A stretch of DNA of 64,000 nt from Ophelia neglecta (lineage: Eukaryota), in assembly GCA_965285935.1 (NCBI GenBank), contig OZ260663.1:68014001-68078000 (forward strand). The letters are read 5' to 3'. Below, piece by piece: positions 36,801 to 50,700 of the stretch. A program made the translations under genes and the position numbers. A model generated the notes under the pieces. That model had not been told where the DNA came from. It worked only from the letters and a program-made list of their open reading frames with translations, and searched no databases. The number at the start of each line of letters is the position of its first letter. Position 1 is the first letter of the stretch.

Positions 36801-39800
36801 GTCGAAGCTTGGAACGAGCTTGTATACACTATCAGATAAAATTAAAAGTAAATAAATAAAACGTAGACGGGAGTAGGACGGGTTGGGGAGGAGGATGATA
36901 GCGGGATGGGTTCAAAGGGTTGGAAATCAGCAAAGGGAACCCGTCTTTATGGTGAGCTAAATATGTTAGAACTACTTTTTTCTCTGACAGCATCTATCAT
37001 TGGTAGGCGATAGTTCTTTTTGAAATCATTGGCTCTCAGCATCATTCAAAACTTAAAATAAGTCTTTTGGTATCTTTAAATGGGTATTTCTTTGCTTAGG
37101 AACCACAGATTCTGATATCTTTATCTGTGACATTTCAATTATTGATCTGCACAGTGGAACTATGTTGCATGATCGATCAGCCGATCGCGTGTTGCATACA
37201 ATCTTCCAGCGCTTTCCATAGTTGGCCACATGCGTGACAAGTACTCGACAATGAATCACAGTATATCTAGAAGGAGTTAAATTATTCCTTGTTCTAATTG
37301 AGTCAATAAACACAGCATGGTCGCATGGCTTTAAAGACTGGGAAATTACATATCCAATTGCTTTCTTGCATTTCCGCCATCTTCAAAGAGCTCCACCATT
37401 CGTAGACCGGTAGTTCTGGGACAACCAGTGGACCGAGGAATTTAGACGCGATTTGGCACGCAACGAAAAGGTTATTCCCATAACAAGTTATGGAATCCAT
37501 AGATGGAATGTGAATATCATAATGTGGTTATTTCTAAATACTATAGCATATTTTTAATCTTTTCGTGGAATAATCAATAACCTCATATTGCAATGAACAA
37601 TAGCCCAAATAATATTTTCTCTGTTCCAAAACCCTTGGTAAATGTGTTTATAAATATAAGATGGTACTTCGATGATTCTTCGTTGATTTTAAGTCTTGAC
37701 ATTCGTTGTGTATACTTGTGTTAAATCCTCGAATGTGACATACCGATCATTAATTACTGGCAATTATGAAATAAACGGTACAGCTGCCATGGAATCACTA
37801 ATTATCAGTGTCTAAACCATTCTTATTTTCATCCAAAATGGCTACATCTCTTAGATTTTGGTTGTTATTTGCACAGTGGGCTCGGTCATTTTCATGTGAA
37901 CATTCACGAGGACGTCATGACTCGATCGATTTTAGATTGCCGAGCTCACGTTTCGCTACCGGAAGTGAGCAATCTGACAGAGGAAGACGATCCGACAGGC
38001 TATGCATTAGTGATAATATAAGCTTCAATGCATCTATCACCATTCACTTTACCAAGAAACACATATCATTCTACCAGACAAATTGTACAACTCCATGCAC
38101 GTACACAAAATGTCAAATTATTCGTTTATTCTTGATATAAATTGCACCAGTCAAATTAAAGGCAGCGGTTTTTGCAAGTCAAATGCTGAAGAGCACAGAC
38201 GTGACACCAATACTATGCCGTAAAGTATTTTTAATTTATTATGGGAATTTCATAGTCAATTCTTACTTAGGTATACACAATAAAGTTAGGTACACAAATT
38301 AAGAACACGCATACTTTCATAAAAGTGAAATATATAGTTAAATAATAAATATATATGTAGATAAATATATTTAAAATGTCGAAGTCCGAGAAATTACATA
38401 AAAAATAAGAAATAAAATCAACTTAAGAAGCCCGACAAACAAATCTTGCTCACTGCTTAGCTGCCATACTTTGTCCCGGTTTGTGAGCTTGTTTCAATTA
38501 AGAAAGGTGAGGGGTAGAGCGATTACATGTATACTCATAACACTGCAACTCAGAGATCATTTCTCATGGTCCCATTGATATTGGTAGAATAGTGGGAAGA
38601 CAAAATACATAGGTACAAAGTTAAAATTTCAGTTAAAAGGAATTACGCTGTGTCTTGAATTGACCACATTTTATTAAAAGGGAACTTCTTCTGTACACAA
38701 ACATAACAAAACGGAAATGTTCTATCATTTACAGGGGTTGCATACTAATATGTGTCGTTTTCAATCCGATATTAATGCAATGGAATTACAATGATTTTGT
38801 CACGTAGACTTAAAAGGAACCTCATCCTAAGTCAGGCTCAAATCGGATGATGACTGCAAGGCAGTCCTAACAAAAGAGCATCTTTTCAGCGCAGGAGTCG
38901 GCAAATAAAGTGTTGCATAGCGGCTCTATTGCTTATTCACAGTCACGTACCAGACCATAGTCTAAGCAATATTTGTGTTGTGATAGGCTGAATACCACTT
39001 GCCAGTCCGGAGTGGAAGATCGCCCGAGTCTGCAGGGCGGCCATGATCAATCATAGCGTATTAAACCCACCTCGCTCGGTTTTATTATTCAGATAATATC
39101 GCTTTAACTATCAGATTTTCGTGACAAGCTTGTGAATACTCAAACGTCTAAAAGAATGGTTTCACTGAAAATACGTGGTAGAAAAGAAAAAGATAACAAT
39201 TATAGTAGAAAAAGATAGTCCAGGTTATCCCAAGAAGGACGAACGACCCTATAGAAACCTAAGAGAAAAGGAAATCAATCCGTGTGCATAAGACATGCGC
39301 AACCAATATAAATAGACCGGAAATAGTTTGAAATCAGACGTCAAACAATTCCGTAAAACTAAACAATGAATTATTTACTTGCCCGTCGGTTGAGTAACGG
39401 GAGATAATTGTAAATTATTGTACCACTTCGTCTGTTGCTTCATATCATTTATACCATCCGTGACAATAGCCAGTAACAATTGGACTGTGAAGCTTTTCAC
39501 CGCTAACTACATAAACATGGTACTTAGGGAATTAAATAAAGCTATATTATCTATTTCCATTGTGACTCACAAACTCATCACAATTATTAGCATTAGCCTG
39601 AAAGAGCAGCGACAGAAAATATAAAAAACAAAATAAACCTAGAAGCCCATCTCATAAATAATAAGCATTGTTGAGCAAACATCATGTCCTACAACAATAT
39701 CTACCTCCGGTAACATCTAATTTTTCATCTTTAAATATTAATCCGTCATCCGAAGTTTGTATGGGCTAATTGCTAAAAAAAGGTATACATTCTGAATAAA

Positions 39801-40170
39801 TGAAACAGTCAGATCGTTGAGTAGCTCTCGAGATCTAGATGTTTACAACCGTATTTATGTACACTGGACCTAGCCAGTATGAAGTCGGGATTATGTTATG
39901 GATTCCAGAGCCAGGCTCGCTAGACATAATTTATCAACTATATGATTCAGATTCAGATTCCATAATCATATTAGGCAGAACTCAGCTCCAGATAATAAGA
40001 TCTCACATGTTTATTTCAGCACCAGATTTAGATGTAGGCCCCAAAACTGAATAAGGAATCAAGGAATTGTTCTGACCCCTCGTTTGGGTCGAATCCGGCG
40101 CTCTTATGGTTATGAAGGTTCCCTGTATTCAGCGTTACGCTGTTTGGGACTGCGCTGTGAGAGAACAATA

Positions 40171-40340
40171 CCCACGTGACAGCACACTCCCAGGGCAGAA
40201 CCACAGAACGCTGAATACAGACCCGCTTGAAACTGTAGGGCTGACAGCTGAATAACTCTAGCCCACGTGACAGCCCACCCCCAGGGCAGAACCACAGAAC
40301 GCTGAATACAGAGACCCGCTTGCATCTGTGGGACTGACAG
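40171..40340. repeat. Local direct duplication (two copies of about 78 bp, period 91 bp)
   Basis: CCCACGTGACAGC...CCAGGGCAGAACCACAGAACGCTGAATACAG...CCCGCTTG...CTGACAG occurs at 40171-40247 and 40262-40340. Confidence 0.85.
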
Positions 40341-43300
40341 TTCCATTTTGAGATTGGGCGCTAGAACCTGGGACTGATATTTCAATTTGCTACTTAGCAT
40401 TTTAATCTAGGGTTGGCTGTTCCATATTCAGCTTGGCGATGAAATCTGAATCTGGGGTCTGAATTTGAAGCAGAAATCTGAATGCGAAACAAAAATATAT
40501 TGGCGAATATGTAGCTGTAATCAGCCTTTGACCTTTGAAACCCAAAGTATGATGAATTGAATAGGGCTTGAATCTGTACCTGAAACCCTGAAAAATTCAT
40601 ATTTGTACGTACATCATCTATTAAAGTGTTTTATTATTTGAATTTATATATTCGCCGTTGGCACATTGACCATTGGTCTAAGAACATCTTATAAGGCCAT
40701 TAAATAGCCTAATTATATTAGCGCCTCGGAAGATAATAGCTCTTATTACTCGCCGTAGGGTTACTGAGGACAATGGAAATCAGGGCATAAATCCCTCCGC
40801 CACCCATACAATCAAGTAGGCTTATGTGATTAAAAATATGCCTATTAGTGAATATGTATAACTTATGGTAGTTTCGGCTGAAATATTGTCTTACTTGAGA
40901 TTACTGAATACCTGAATGTAAAAACTGTCATATGTGGACGTATTTTGTCTAAGTTATATCATTAGTACAAGCTCGGCTGCGGCAGGGGCTAATTTATGGT
41001 CTCGCCAGAGCTCCAGCTCGTCCATCCTCAAGGACTTCCACGTAGTTCAACGAAGCCAATTTGTCTCGTAGATGACAAGTGAAAATATTTAAAACATAAA
41101 GTTGGCTTTGACGGTACACCGTCTGTGGTGTAAGAGAGGAGAGTCTGAGATTAGATTGCGGTCCGTATTGAAAACACTGGCTTGCTGCAGATGCGATCGC
41201 TCCAGGTTGGGCCTACGATAATAGGACTCGCTGGTCATTTAACACAAAATTAGATATTGTCCTGCCAGGCAATATTTCCCCAATTAGATTAACACAGTTT
41301 CGATTATCGTCCAGTCATCAGGCCGCTGACAACATTACCTATATGAGTTCAGTCTGCTGTAACCAAGTACTGCGGGATTATTCGCTCTGTTTGAGCAAGC
41401 ACATGAGTGCTGTAGAGCAGAACTTATCGTCTGTATTAGGTTTATGATATTTCTAGTTTTCCGTTTGATGTTTGTCCGCCATTCCTACTCAGACTTAGAG
41501 AAACATTACCGTTTAATTTCCCCAAGCCCGGTTTGGCGTACGGTACCAATCCTTGCGGCCCTTCATTATGCGGGAACATTGCTCCCAGAACTTTAACACA
41601 CGTGTCTTTATTCGCCACTTCCGTCCACAGCAAGAGGGGGCTGAATGACAATCAGTCAAGCGCCAATCAGCCTTTACACCGCCTGGGTGTGAGCAATAGG
41701 GCCTACACTCTTAGGTAAGGACATGGTATTGTGTAGCTCACCTAAGTCAAACCAGCGTCGACACATTTCAATCATTATCTATAGTCTGTATTACGAAAGC
41801 ATACACTGACCTTTTTTTCTACATCTCTCGCTTGCTTTCTGCCAGTGTTGTTTAATTGAAATGGATATAATCCATCAACGTGAACCTTTTATGTAGATCA
41901 TTGGCCTTATTGACGTATGACGACTAGGGCAAACAAGAGAACAGAGGCATTATCTATGCCGTATATATGGCTGGACACACAAGCTTTATTAATAAAATAT
42001 ACGCAGTGCTTTTAGTGGTAAAGTGCACTTTCATAAAAACCCAACAATTATTCACACAGCCGCCGGTATGGTGCTTAAAGTGCTTTTCTCCACTAATATC
42101 AAGGTAAAATGCATGTAATGACAATGAAACGCCACTTGTGTCAACCATCTTATTATACTGAGATCAATCTTTAATGACCCTATTTGCAATTCCGCACGAG
42201 CCAATTTTCAACAAGTGAAGGCAAGATTACTGTCAAAAGTCTAAATGTCGTCTGCAGGACGAATACAAAACATTTCAGATTCGTGATCTATTTAATTTGT
42301 CGGCCAGCACTGTTTTTAGCTGTTAAAAGGACATTCATTGTTATTGGCAGCGGCATGTTCCCTTTGGATGCCGCGGTCTAAAAGATTGTATCCGGGACTA
42401 GCCCAGCTGTTACATCGCTGCAGATATTGGAGAACCATACATGACGATGGAATGAACCTAAGAGTTTACTCAATTGACAACAGGGCATCCTTTGCCACAC
42501 AGCAATCGGTAAACAGTAGTAGCTTTTTTGCAATTTCAAGGATCAACCCAAACAAATCCCAGCCCAGGGATCGACTCCCTAAGCTATTTCGCCGAGACTA
42601 TTGGCCTATTGGATTACTCGGTGTTGACTTAGCCGGAATAAACGCGGTACTCACAGCTCTTGTCGCCGTTGTTCCCGGCAGATCTGTGGTGCGCATCGTG
42701 CACCAGCGCGGAACTCTTCACAATGCAGACAATGAGAATCGATGGAAAGCGGTTTTAATAGCTATAATTGCTGTCTTATCGCATGTCAGAAGACGTAGGA
42801 TTGCTAGCGGTAATTCTAGCCGAAATTTGCTGAGAACCATTTATTGCAAAGTTTACATGGTTTTTAAAAGTCTGTCGAAACAATTCTCTAGGATGCAGTA
42901 ACCATTTAGTTGTGTTGATCCGGGGATCATACAGGCGGATCGGGCTATCGCGGGATTATCTACTCGTATTTCCCTTCTATATCAGTCGGAATTAAGGTTT
43001 GATTCGGCTTGGTTACCAGAAAGACTGGCCTGGTGTATGTATCTCTTCTGCTCTACTGGCGGTGACATAAAGCAACTGAAATAGGGAGACTGAGATTTAC
43101 ACCTTTTGTACCTTTACAAGGTAGGTTATTAGTTTAAAAGAATCAAATTTGTCCCTTGTTACAATGTTGAATGGCATTTAAGCAACTAATTCTCCATAAA
43201 GTGCGATTCAATTAGAAGTTCCATTTGCAGAATAGGGTATGAGCCGCTGAGGGAAGTAAGCACAACCGATTGATTGATGCGACAAAGCTTTCCCTACTGC

Positions 43301-43422
43301 GTGATCGAGTCGCTGAGCTAGCGGGCAACCATTGCTTAGCTCCAACTTGAGTTAGTGAAACATCTGTGGCTTGAACAGTACGCTTGGACAAATCCGAAAG
43401 AGGCACGGCTCGGTAGTTAATT

Positions 43423-43546
43423 ATGTCAGTGTACGGATACAGCCTGGTGACAAGTATGATGGCCTCAGACCCGTTCCGTAAGGCGATCCATACCATCGCT
43501 CTCCTGGTCACTCTGGTCGGAGGAGGGGCGACACGGGATCCCCCAG
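43423..43546 (+). CDS. Putative first coding (signal peptide) exon of paralogue 3
   Basis: Encodes (MSVYGYSLVTS)MMASDPFRKAIHTIALLVTLVGGGATRDPP, with a basic n-region, hydrophobic h-region and small-residue c-region. A strong phase-1 donor CAG|GTGAGG matches the phase-1 acceptor at 49980. In-frame ATGs at 43423, 43456 and 43459. Confidence 0.75.
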
Positions 43547-46500
43547 GTGAGGCTTCTCATTCTACCATAGTCGATTAATCACAACCAGGGCTATCATTAG
43601 ACTTGTCAATAGGTGTCTTAAAACCCAACACAATAATATATTTCATTGCATTCTTATTAATGTCCGGACGATATTTATTTGCACATGAGCTCCTTGCCAA
43701 AGAGCAGAATTCCATTAATTGACACTTACTGTAAGGATATTCTCGAGTTATCTGCATGCATACCCTTGGTAATTACACTCTGGGTAGTAATGGAGAAATC
43801 ACTAATTGTTGGCAAAATATTCAGAGATTTGCTTCTGCGAAGTATGCATAGCAATCGGCAGTTATGGCGCTCACTTTGCATGCCACATGCTGTTCATGTT
43901 GTCATCGCAACTCTAAAAGAAACTGGTTCCATACTCCCACGTTTTTCCAGAAGACATTTCATATCCTAGCCACATTACGTATAATATGGCGATTACCAGA
44001 GAACTGGCCCTTTCATTGGGCATGAAAAGTAAAACACGATCAGTGCGCTTAAATGGAGCATCAATGGAACCTTATATCAAATAATTGGTTACATAAGACC
44101 CCAATATGAAAATATCGGACCATCCCGATTAAAATATAACGCTGCTTTAGATGCTTTCATTATGCATTTATACAGCTGATGTTTGAAGTTTCAAAATGAG
44201 AAATGCGAGCCATCAGTTTGAGATGATATATTTAGTTGACAATTAGAGGCCCTGGAGATGGTTGTCAAGCAGACGTCATTGATGAATGGCATTCATTCCC
44301 GTCCCCAATTTTTACATGGGATGCTTTTAATACCTGGGAATCTCACAGAACGTCTGTTTCTGACACGACTGGCCTTTTATAAAAGCCTGGACGGTTTCTA
44401 ACATAAATCCAGTATCTTCCAAAGATAATACGCCAGCGGAAATAAGGCGTTCTTTGCTAATTGTTCCTAATTGAAATATCAGTTTTCTCTGTCAGAAGTT
44501 GACAGCAGACGATTCAGAGAATCTCGCCTGCCTGCAGAGAAGCTGTGCACAGCACACCTGTCCCCTGAACCGCTTCAACGGGCAATTTCTTCATTTCTTC
44601 ATAGCCCGCAGCAAATTGCATCGTTACGACCGATTTCATAACTCACTAGAGAGTTGATTATTGAAAATCATTTTCATTTCTGTTGGGCAAATAACTAATC
44701 GTCTGTTTCTCAAGCGTCCCTTGAGAAATATTTTCAGATCTTGTATCTTTTAAATTTCCCCAGGGAGTCCCATTGTCCGAGATTCATGTCTTGAACAATA
44801 TGCATCACTAGAATTAATATATCTCTTAGGGAGTTGGTTTTGGAATGAGGCTGTTCCAACCGCCATGGGCCCTATTTACTTGTTTCAAGTCGCAGTTGCT
44901 TCTGTAAGCCACGTAATTAGACAGGCCGTCTTGCCAATATGCTTGTTACAATGTCATATAGCCTAGGTTTAAATTGATGCACGTCTGATTCATGTGAGTG
45001 CTAATTAATGTTTTGTATTCTGGAGCAAGTGAATGAAAATTCCCTGTTCCTTTCTTTTCGCCACCTCAGGAGGCAGAGTGGTAAAAGGAATTCATTGTTT
45101 TCGTATTCACAAATACCTTTATCTGATGAACGGTAACATTTTATGTAACAGTAAAAGAAAGAAGTGCCTTCATACTATATAATACAACCGAGTTTTTCCT
45201 AAGAAAAACACGCTATTTTTTCCCCAAAGAAAATCAGTCTTGAAGGTCTTCCGCCGACATTCACAAAAACGTCCCTGTTATAACAGAAGGCTAATAGAGC
45301 ACCAGGCTGCGTTTGATTGATTCACATGTAAATCTCTGGTGTTCTACAGAATTGCCTCCTTGTAATGAAACAGCTTCCTTAATTTTTCTATAACCGGATG
45401 CATTATTTGTTTACATTGCGTTCTCATTTAACAGGCGTGAGTACATATGCTTTGTGTGGGGCAAGTCCAATAGTTACTGATAGACAGAAACCACGAGTAG
45501 GCCTACTATGCTGATGCTAGTTGATTTTTTAAAATCCTCTGACTATTTTAGAAGCCCAGCGTATTACCAGCTGAACACTTGTATTAGGTCTGCCCAATGT
45601 GCTAAAATCTATAGCTTGTCACCAGCTGAGTACATTTCACACTTGGGAGGAGCGGGACAATTTCATTCCGTGTTCTCGCCAGACCCGTTGGCAACTACCC
45701 TGGTCCGGAACTAATCGGCCGTTTAACTGATCAATCATTTTCGATCTTTATTGAAAGCTCACGAGGAAATAAACGAGGACACCCAAGTCCTGACTTTATT
45801 CGGAAACAAGAGGCAGGAAAATAATATCCAATACCTTGGTTGTCACATTCAGAGTGGTTAGGCTGTTCCTATGCCGTAGGTGTCAAAACGGATACTCCCC
45901 TTAATTTCATCAGCATTTATCAATCGTGGCCTACACCAGTATTTGTATGTAGCCTATGCCCGGTACAATCACCGCGTATTAGAATCTACAGGTGAATAAT
46001 AGTTTATTCAGGTGATGATTAAATCAGATGTGGGGTTTTTGTGCATGCTCATGATAATTAATAACTCAATCAATTACAACACAAAAGATAGCTAGATGGA
46101 GGAAGTGAGGCCTAAACCAAGACCATTTTACAGCAGGTTCAGGGACAAATTAAAGTCCTGGAACAAATATCCTATACTTAAAGTTTGTCTTGCTTAGTCT
46201 TTACGGTAACGGTGGTTTCAATTCCAAAGTCAGTTAGCTTTTACCAACCACACTAAATGACCCACATGGTGTCTATGTGTCGTTAAGCCCCAAAAATCCA
46301 ATCCCACAGTTTCTATGCGATGCATTTCCAGCTCTGAGAATCACGTGGTTGGTTGTGTCGCGGACTGGTGTGGTAGGCCTTGGCGATACCGGGACCGCAT
46401 AAAGCCGCGGTTGCGCCGCGAGTTAGTTTAGCACCTTTCTCAAGACAGGGACTGTACCTAAAAAGAATCTAGTTTGTGACTCTCATCTTGCCATCGTTGT

Positions 46501-47739
46501 TAAAATCACTGAGCGTTCATCATTTTAGACGTGTGTGAGCTACCTGCTTTAGGGGACGGTATATTAATTCTGTATTTAGCCGCCTTCCATATCAAGTAGC
46601 TTACACAGCAAATACCCCTGTCGTTTTGGAGTGTATTAGTTTTTACAGATAACACAGTAAGCGGCTTCATCTATGGGTTGCCAGGCACCGGAGAAACGCG
46701 GGCTCCAACCGATGTTGATGTGACATGCCGACTAAGCCTTGATCAGAATCGCCGTGTAGCTCTAATGAAATATTGCCGAGAATGTCATAGGGGCTAATAT
46801 TTCAATTATGGGGAAAATGACAAATCCGAATGTTCGATAATTAGACCGACGCCGAAATGCTGTTGGCAATCTGCTATCGTCGACCAAGAACCGTCCCGTG
46901 CACTGGCGGTGTTGCATTTTGATGAGGCATATTTCTGCGGCTTAGCTGGGTTCAACGTGAACGGAATATATGTCTTCTTAAAATGTTCTTTGGAAACCAT
47001 CCGTCATTGTTTAGTTTGATGTCTGTAATCAGAAATGACAGCAAATAACGCCCTGGCGGGTAGGCCATGCAGTGTAATTATGGCTGTAATCATGACTAAA
47101 TAGCAACTTGGAAAGAGACGAACCAACCAACCTTCAAATGATTTTCAAATAGGGCCCTACCAGCGCAAACGTCCACGTTAAAGTGTTATCATTTATAAGT
47201 ACGGTGAAACCTGTGTTTGTGGTCACCTGTATAAGAGTTCACCAACCCGCTAAGGTCACTAAATAACAGCCCAATCCCCATTTAGGTCCGTGTTAACTGA
47301 TCCGCCTATTAAGGTCACCTACATAATATGGTAATTTTTTCCGGTCCCTTTGCTGACCTGATTAGACAGGTTTCACTGTAGGTCTTAGCCAGGTCGTCAT
47401 CGTACATTAGACCTAGCTAAAAGATGTCGCAAATTTCCGACTTTGTTTTTTACAGTGTCACTCCCTATTTGTATTGTGGGTGGGGGGAGGGGGGGGGGGC
47501 GCTTCGTTCATGTCATTATTAAAGACATTGTTCCAATGAATGCTTCCAATGGGTCGTATGACTAGTTGTATTGCTATATCTCATTAATTAGGTCTAAAGT
47601 TTGATATATCAAATGTGGATATACATATCATTTGTATGTGTTCCGCATGCAGGATTAGTGTAGGCCTACTATAAAAGATTAGAGAGTGTCAATGGCGGAC
47701 ATATTCATGAAGATGGTTGCCAAGGCACCCCCTCCATCT

Positions 47740-47798
<59 letters not shown>

Positions 47799-50700
47799 TC
47801 TCTCTCACACACTCTCTCTCACACACTCTCTCTCCAGTCTAGTTTGAACCATTCTATTTTATCCCTCGAGATTCTGTCCTTTATATGCATATATTCAAAC
47901 TATATTAAATAGTTTTTCTTTTTCTCCAACGGTCTGTCAACCACAAAAAAAAGTATTGACAAGTGTATCCCCTCCCCCCTCCCCCGGGTTGAATCTATTG
48001 AAATATGTGGTTGTCCACCAGATATTATCAGGTGTAGATGCCGACCACACGTGTTTGGCGACAGGTGCTGTCATTTCAATTATCGCGCTCTGTATCTAAC
48101 CAGTCCAAGTTTCACACAAGGAGAGGAAGATATTAAGGTATCTATCATGGGCATCTCGCTTGTAAAGGATGGAACATCTGGACCGCCGCGGGCGCTTCAG
48201 GTACAGGTGCAACTATCGCCATTGTATGTATGGGAAGCGGAGTTATTGGGCGTTTATCTCGAATAATATCCTGAGTAAAGTGTGGGTTGAAACGGCCAAC
48301 AGTCACTCGGTTGATTTAAGAACCATCTAGATACACAGCGGCGAATGCCAATAGTTTCTTGGTCGAATCCCTAGCAAGAAGTTTCATTGATAATGAAATT
48401 TGCCGAGAAAAAAATCTTTAAAAAACGATAAGCAGTAGATTGAGCTTCTATACAGACGTCGTGTACATTTAGTATACTTTTAGCTGAACAAACGAAACGC
48501 AAACCGATCAAATTGCCGATCCCAAGCCAAACACAAAGCTTTTTTTCAGAGATCACAAGAGTTCCTGCTTTAAATAAATGCATGCTCATCAGTGTATAAT
48601 ACACTTTGTCATTTCTCCCTTAGTCGTAATAATTATCAATTCATTCTGCAAAATGAAAAACTAGCATGAAAGATACAGTTCGCTTCAATCCAAGTTTTAC
48701 TGACTTTCCATTCTTTATGAGATTATAGTGGCACCGCCACTCCATCTAAATTGCTTTAGCACGAATCTGACTAAAAACAATTATTGACCCTTTTTCCATC
48801 AATAGCAGATTTATTTGTTAGTTCGGGAGTGCCTAGCTATCGTTTGATTTTGGCGGAACAGCTGCCTTCCGTATTTTTTGACACGTGATATCCAAAACCT
48901 CCTCTAGCCGATTTAACCCTGAAAGGTTTCCAAGGCAACCAAGAACTGTTTTTTCATCACCGCTCATTTGATTCATCCTGCTGTTTTGATGGCTGAGTAA
49001 CGAAGACGTGGCTACATTACTAAAATGATGGAAAGTGTTTTAGAACCTTGAGGGCCCTTATCACTTAGCTTTATCCTATTACACGGCCATGTTGTTTGAT
49101 GGGAATTACGGCCAATCCCCGTCTGACTCTCTCAGTCGCAGAAGAAACTCTCGTTAACATCAAACAATCACGAGCATCCTTTGAATCTATTTCAATCGTC
49201 ATTTTGTACCCAGAACGTGCATTTTCATTAGTACTGTAACATTACACAATATATCTGGTGGTATGCAATAAATAAAAGAATAAAAGCTACAAATGTGCGT
49301 GTTATTGCTTCGCTCGTCTCACAATGGGAACAACAATTACTACTCTACCAGCCTCTTTTGACAGAAGAATGCTTCATTTTCTCTTTTCCTGCCTTAAAAC
49401 ATGTATTGTATAATTAGGCCTATATCTTCTAAAGGATTGCCTTGCTGAGTTAATTTTCCAGGGCTAATACTAAGATTTTGACTAATTGAGATATGTGTTC
49501 TTAGTGGATTAACTCAATTAGGTTTTAACCTTAGGGAATTCTCCTTGGCATTATTTTTCGTCTAACTTTTGATGTCAATGCGTCCAGACTGATACCACTG
49601 CTAATAGGATATTTTGCATATTGACTTGATTTGAAATGCAAATATCCCGCTGTAGCTGCACTTGTAAGTGACCTCCCCAGTGATTTATAACACATTATAT
49701 TGCCCCTGTCTTAGGAAAGGAAGGTGTACAAATGCATGCAGTCAGAAAGCAATCATTCTTGAACCTGGGGTGAACAATTAAGATATATTGTTCCATCCCC
49801 CGAAAACACTCTCCCATAAGTCATTCGCGTGACATTTTCACATTAGATGTATGGGTATAGGGCTATCAATGCAAAGTAGGTCAATTCATCATAGCAACGC
49901 AACAATCTAAGTACACATGTGTTTTTCCACTAGCTGTGTTAAGATAGATATACACCTAACAAATATTATTTTTTTACAGCAGCCATTGCACGTGACTATT
50001 GTCAATCAGAATATTTCAACGTTACATGTCATCACAATGAAGTCATATTGATGGAGCATGCGCAGTACGGCCGGATGCGATCTGGACGTTGTGTAACCGG
50101 AAACTACGGAAACGTGGGATGCGCAGTGGACGTCTTGCCTTATTTAGATAGCAAGTGCTCCGGACAGCAAAACTGTAAAGTCTACATTGCGGACCCGGTG
50201 CTGCATAAAATGGAACCTTGCCCAAAAGACTTGACATCTTATTTGGAGGCAAAATTCACGTGTACTGCAGGTTTGTCTACTCAATATATTGTCATGGGAG
50301 AGCCTATAACTACATGGTACAATCCAGGCAAAAGGAGTTTGTTCCATTCTGACGTGTTTAGTTGTTTACACCTTAAGGAAATTACAGAATGAAACAAAAA
50401 TCTCTCTTTGATTATGGCAAAAAAGTGACTAAAATGGCACAATGTTTCTCGTGCATTCTAGACCTCCCAGATATTGAATGTTATTAGATTTGAGCACCTG
50501 ATGAACAGCACAATTTGCCTTATTTGTGAGCAATATTATGGCAATGGTGAGTCAATATGATGGACTGACTGCCCATACTGCTTTCTCCTGTGCCTAGAAT
50601 GACCATTATATGCCGTTCGGTTATCACATTGGTCAATCATTATTAGTGAATGACCTGTGTAACAGGATGTGGCAGAGGAACAAAATGATTATTTTATGTC

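Noticed and set aside
37838-37964. Alternative signal-exon candidate MATSLRFWLLFAQWARSFSC... with a phase-1 GTGAGC donor
   Set aside because: It has a short hydrophobic core and weaker donor context. The exon at 43423-43546 has a better signal peptide and a consensus CAG|GTGAG donor. It is not fully excluded as an alternative first exon.
42338-42901. 187-aa ORF with a hydrophobic stretch
   Set aside because: Non-ATG start, no recognisable domain and no convincing splice sites; probably promoter or 5' UTR sequence of paralogue 3.
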